A stretch of 61,158 nucleotides of DNA, counting the filler. It is 7 parts of 7 records of this genome, joined end to end, with 100 filler letters (N's around TTAATTAATTAA, not from the genome) between each part and the next. Parts side by side here need not be neighbours in the genome. Positions count along the whole stretch, not along the records: positions 47,819 to 61,158 come from SRR20825010_5382; 6 more parts are not named here. One strand, given 5' to 3'. Under the pieces are notes generated by a model. The model was not told the DNA's origin. It did no database searches and saw only the letters and a list, made by a program, of their open reading frames with translations. The first letter of the stretch is position 1. Each line of letters begins with the position of its first letter. This document shows, one piece after another, positions 57,562-61,158 of this stretch. The position numbers were made by a program, and so were the translations under genes.

Positions 57562-60384
57562 ATGTCAAAAGCGGAAATGAATTTTCCTGAACCTGATCAG
57601 GAAAATGACCTAGGCAAAGAACGAGATACCAACCAGCCGGACGAGGCTGAGCAGAAAGCCGTGGCGGCGCGAAACACAAGGCGCATGCTGCCGTTCATTC
57701 TGGCATGTTCTTTTACCGCATTGTGGCTTGCTGGTGCAGGGTATTATCTTTGGTCCACCCCGGCACTCATCGAAATTCAAGCCTCCGCCACTGCGCTTTC
57801 AAGCTTCACTGGTGGCCTTACCACGCCGATCGCAATTTTCTGGTTGGTGGCTCTTGCGTTCCAGCGCACCGACCCGCTTCTGGAACGGCGGCTCGCCATG
57901 GCACAAAGCCTTCATAAGGCCGTCGCCCCAGTGGAAGTAGCAGAACAGCGCCTTAGTCAGCTAAATAAAACTCTCAATAAAGAACTTCAAAACATTGAAG
58001 CTGTTGCTGATTTAGCATCAGATAGAATTAGCAATCTGGAAAAACGCTTCCAGGAACAAATCAGCAATCTATTCTCTGCGACCGCAGACACGGAAGCCCG
58101 CACGTCGTCGATCCGTGACCTGCTGGAGCGCGAACGCCAATCAATGGGCGACACAACCAAAGAGATCGAAGACCGCTTCAATAACCTTGAGATGATGATC
58201 AGCACGATGGCCTCAAGGCTTGCTGGGGCTGGCGAGCATGCGGCGGGCACAGCCGATACCGCACGCGGGAAAATTGACACCAGCCTTGATGCCCTTGCCG
58301 GCGCAACCGAAGCCATGGAAGCGCGGCTTGGCAAAGCCAGCGTCCATGTGGGCAAGAAGGCCAGCGAAGTGCAGGACATTGTGGTGGATGTCGAGCTACG
58401 GCTTCAGTCTGTGACAGAGAATGTGCTCTCGGGCATGGACCGCTTCCGTCATGATGTGGAGGGGCTTGAGGGTCGCTCCGCCGAACTTTCAGAACATATG
58501 CGAACACAAGCCACCGTTCTGGCTGAGCTCGCACAACTGGCCGCGCAAGAGTCTGCCAAGATCGAACAATCACTTAAAAGCCATGTCGGTGAAGTGCATA
58601 CCGCAGCCACGGAAGCACTTGAACGCACGAATGAGGTCTCCAGCATCTTCTCTGAGCGCACTCAGGCCATGTCAACGCAGGCGATCGAAACCGTGGAGCG
58701 CGCCAAGAGCCTGCTTGAAGAAGCTGGTAAATCGCTCGAGGATCACTGCGCTTCCGCTTTGTCGACCAGTGAACAGGTCAACCGCAAAACCCTCGAGACC
58801 ACTGAAGCCACAGGTAAAGCAGTACTCGAACACGCGGAAAAGGTTGACCGTGTACTCGACGAAGGCCTTGAACGCGCACGCCATGCCCTTGAAGAAACAA
58901 TGGCCGCCATTTCTGGCCATAGCGACGAAGCCGTCAGCAAGGCGGAAGACGCGGCTGAGCGTACGCTCCAGCATATCCGCCAGCTTCGCGCAGGCGTAGA
59001 AGAGCAACTGGAAGAACTTGCTCGTGCCGGTGAAGAAAGTGGCAACTCGCTTAGCGAAACAGCAGATAAGCTGAGCGAAAAGGCCGCGTCGCTGACCAGA
59101 GAGATGGGCGAAAACGCAGAACAGCTGGCTGAAAAAGCAGGCAGTGCAAATGAAGAGCTTACCAACGTGCGGGAGCAGATGAGCCTGCAAACCGGTGTGC
59201 TCTCGGGCGTGCTGAATGAAACCCGCATGAAACTTGCGCGCCTTGAAGAAGACCTCACATCGCAGCGTGATGCGCTCAACGAAGCTTCAACGGAAGCCGC
59301 GGACCGGGTGATTGAAGCTGCGGAGCGCTTCCGTGATCAAAGCCGCGCGTTGCAGGACACCGCCTCCCTCGCGCAGGAAGACATTGCAGGCCGCTCCGGC
59401 GAGCTTGTTTCGATGATGGACCAGATGAAAGCCGCAGGCAAAGGCACGCGCGATGAGCTTGAAGGCGCTTCTGATGCGCTGTCAGAAAAAACCGCCTCGC
59501 TTAGGAGCGAACTGGCTGAATCTCGTGAAGCACTGGGTTCGGCAGCCGATGCCTTCGCAGGCGAACGTGACCGTATTGGCCATGATACCGAAGAGGTTAT
59601 CAAAAAGCTCAATCAGGCTTCAGACAGCATGAGCAAAGAGGTAGAGAACTTCGCCCTTGGCTCCATGGAAGCCGCGACAAGGCTGGACGCGGCCAGCCAG
59701 TCCCTGATGGACCAGACCGAACGGGCACAGGGCGATATGAAGCGTGCTGTCGAGGATACCCGCAGCGAGCTGACCGCCAGCATGGACGATATCGCCAACC
59801 GCGCAGCAGAGCGTATCACCTTCCTGCAGGAAGAAATGCAAACCACCCTCGCCCGCGTGCTGAAGGAATATCAGGAAACCGCAGACCAGGCCGAGAAAGA
59901 AAGCGCGCTTCTCGCCATGCGCATTGGTAATGAAGCCGAAAAAGTGGCGCAGCGGGCTGAACATTTCATTGAAAAGACATCCGAGATCGAAAAACGCATT
60001 GCGGGTGCGACCAAAAATGACTTCGCCCGCACCTCCCAGCTTTTGATGGAAAGCCTGCAGTCTACCTCAATCGACATCAACAAGGCCCTTTCGCATGACC
60101 TGCCTGACGATGTGTGGGAAGCTTATCTCTCAGGTGACAGGTCAGTGTTCATGCGGCGTTCGGTCCGCAATGCAGACCGCAAAACCAAAAAAGCCATTGC
60201 CGACAAGTTCCAGACCGATTCCGAGTTCCGGGAAGCCGTGGCGCGCTACTGCCGCGACTTTGAGGGCATGATGGAACGCGCAATGATGGGAGACCGAGGC
60301 AGCGCACTCTCCGTCACCCTTGTATCTTCTGACATGGGCAAGCTATACATCCTTCTGGGTCAGGCGCTGAAAAAATTCAGCTGA
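57562..60384 (+). CDS. Membrane-anchored coiled-coil polarity scaffold (TipN/GPR/RgsE-like)
   Basis: Two N-terminal TM helices, a long Ala/Glu-rich apolipoprotein-like helical region, and C-terminal ESLQSTSIDI...W..Y..GDRSVF...FR.AV.RY..DFE...SDMGKLY.LL. Confidence 0.72.
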   Translation: MSKAEMNFPEPDQENDLGKERDTNQPDEAEQKAVAARNTRRMLPFILACSFTALWLAGAGYYLWSTPALIEIQASATALSSFTGGLTTPIAIFWLVALAFQRTDPLLERRLAMAQSLHKAVAPVEVAEQRLSQLNKTLNKELQNIEAVADLASDRISNLEKRFQEQISNLFSATADTEARTSSIRDLLERERQSMGDTTKEIEDRFNNLEMMISTMASRLAGAGEHAAGTADTARGKIDTSLDALAGATEAMEARLGKASVHVGKKASEVQDIVVDVELRLQSVTENVLSGMDRFRHDVEGLEGRSAELSEHMRTQATVLAELAQLAAQESAKIEQSLKSHVGEVHTAATEALERTNEVSSIFSERTQAMSTQAIETVERAKSLLEEAGKSLEDHCASALSTSEQVNRKTLETTEATGKAVLEHAEKVDRVLDEGLERARHALEETMAAISGHSDEAVSKAEDAAERTLQHIRQLRAGVEEQLEELARAGEESGNSLSETADKLSEKAASLTREMGENAEQLAEKAGSANEELTNVREQMSLQTGVLSGVLNETRMKLARLEEDLTSQRDALNEASTEAADRVIEAAERFRDQSRALQDTASLAQEDIAGRSGELVSMMDQMKAAGKGTRDELEGASDALSEKTASLRSELAESREALGSAADAFAGERDRIGHDTEEVIKKLNQASDSMSKEVENFALGSMEAATRLDAASQSLMDQTERAQGDMKRAVEDTRSELTASMDDIANRAAERITFLQEEMQTTLARVLKEYQETADQAEKESALLAMRIGNEAEKVAQRAEHFIEKTSEIEKRIAGATKNDFARTSQLLMESLQSTSIDINKALSHDLPDDVWEAYLSGDRSVFMRRSVRNADRKTKKAIADKFQTDSEFREAVARYCRDFEGMMERAMMGDRGSALSVTLVSSDMGKLYILLGQALKKFS

Positions 60385-60422
60385 CGATAGTCTCAGGTAG
60401 GACGCAACGAGGGGGGAAGCTC

Positions 60423-61158
60423 ATGCGACCGGTCAACGTCGCTGCAATAGCAGCGCTCAGCATGCTGGCGGCATGTTCAGGCGAAAAGGAAAATTCAGAA
60501 GCCGTGCATCAGGTTGGTGAACCTGTTGAGTGGCGGATGACAAGCACCTACCCCTCAACTCTCATCCAGCTTGGCACCTTGGGCAAACGGCTGGAAACAG
60601 AGGTTGCCAAAGTCTCAGGCGGATCGGTGAAGCTCAAGTTTTATGAGCCCGGCGTTCTGGCACCACCTTTTGAGACATTTGATGCGGTTAGCTACGGTGC
60701 CGTTGAAGCTGGCTGGTCGACCCCCGGTTACTGGGCGGGCAAAGATGCTGCCCTGCAGCTTTTCTCGAGCGTGCCATTTGGGCCATCAGCGCCAGAATAT
60801 TTGGCGTGGTTTGACTATGGTGGCGGCAAGGAACTGTTTGAGGAAACTTACCACAAACACAATATCCACGGCATTATCTGTGGCATGACCCCGCCTGAAG
60901 CGTCTGGCTGGTTTAAGAAAGAAATCAACAGTGTTGAGGACCTTAAAGGCCTGAAGATCCGCTTTTTTGGCCTTGGCGCCAAGGTGATGGAAGAAGTCGG
61001 CGCGGCCCCTCAACTGATTGCGGGCGGCGAGATATACCAGGCGCTGGAGCTTGGCACCATTGACGCGACAGAGTACGCCATGCCTGCTGTGGATTACCGC
61101 ATGGGCTTTTATGAGGTTGCCAAACATTATTACTTCCCCGGCTGGCACCAGCAGTCCA
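60423..61158 (+). CDS. dctP: TRAP transporter substrate-binding protein (DctP/TakP-like), runs off the window end; absent from the ORF track
   Basis: ATG 60423 after a G-rich RBS: MRPVNVAAIAALSMLAAC...WRMTSTYP...FDAVSYGAVEAGW...YWAGK...VPFGP...GWFKKEINSVEDLKGLKIR...YYFPGWHQQS. Confidence 0.9.
   Translation, partial: MRPVNVAAIAALSMLAACSGEKENSEAVHQVGEPVEWRMTSTYPSTLIQLGTLGKRLETEVAKVSGGSVKLKFYEPGVLAPPFETFDAVSYGAVEAGWSTPGYWAGKDAALQLFSSVPFGPSAPEYLAWFDYGGGKELFEETYHKHNIHGIICGMTPPEASGWFKKEINSVEDLKGLKIRFFGLGAKVMEEVGAAPQLIAGGEIYQALELGTIDATEYAMPAVDYRMGFYEVAKHYYFPGWHQQS

Noticed and set aside
1-61158. rRNA, tRNA, CRISPR arrays, intact transposons or prophage genes
   Set aside because: None recognised by eye. 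A covariance-model scan (tRNAscan-SE, Rfam/Infernal) would be needed to exclude small RNAs.

Overview
This window is not one genome region. It is seven unrelated contigs joined by artificial 100-bp spacers (44 N + TTAATTAATTAA + 44 N), so neighbourhood arguments hold only inside a contig. Taxonomic labels below are inferred from gene content and sequence style. (1) 1-6939, Bacteroidota: two convergent T9SS-secreted proteins (one with a long repeat solenoid), a transglutaminase/DUF2126 amidoligase and the start of a probable circularly permuted ATP-grasp gene. (2) 7040-13534, betaproteobacterial housekeeping genes (gmhB, glyS, glyQ, gabD, rsmE, tkt). (3) 13635-19819, alphaproteobacterium: serC-serA, a palindromic repeat element and a stress cluster (DJ-1/PfpI, GlxA, GNAT, TetR-YciI-tag). 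(4) 19920-34934, Flavobacteriaceae core genes (aroE, two DUF368, TPR, aminotransferase, OstA-like, dps, purA, fur, relA/spoT, M48 peptidase, TrmH) plus a DinB gene broken by a nonsense codon. (5) 35035-42831, Flavobacteriaceae accessory region resembling a decayed ICE: SusD, zinc metalloprotease, a small secreted 4-Cys protein, an anchored partner, MauE/DoxX, a HAMP/PAS-AraC regulator with a STAS-like partner, rteC and IS481 remnants, and an esterase. (6) 42932-47718, Rhodobacteraceae-like: SDR, Fe-S cryptochrome/(6-4) photolyase, an exported DsrE-like protein, a TtrS-like sensor domain fused through one TM helix to a LuxR HTH, and a MORN-repeat protein. (7) 47819-61158, marine alphaproteobacterium: flagellin-flaG, MoxR-VWA, glycosyltransferase, TonB-C protein, alkaline phosphatase, a Cle-like pseudo-receiver between two Hpt proteins, a TipN/GPR-like scaffold and a lipoprotein TRAP binding protein. 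The best candidates for poorly described systems are the membrane-spanning one-component sulfur-oxyanion sensor with its DsrE target (contig 6) and the secreted disulfide-peptide module (contig 5).
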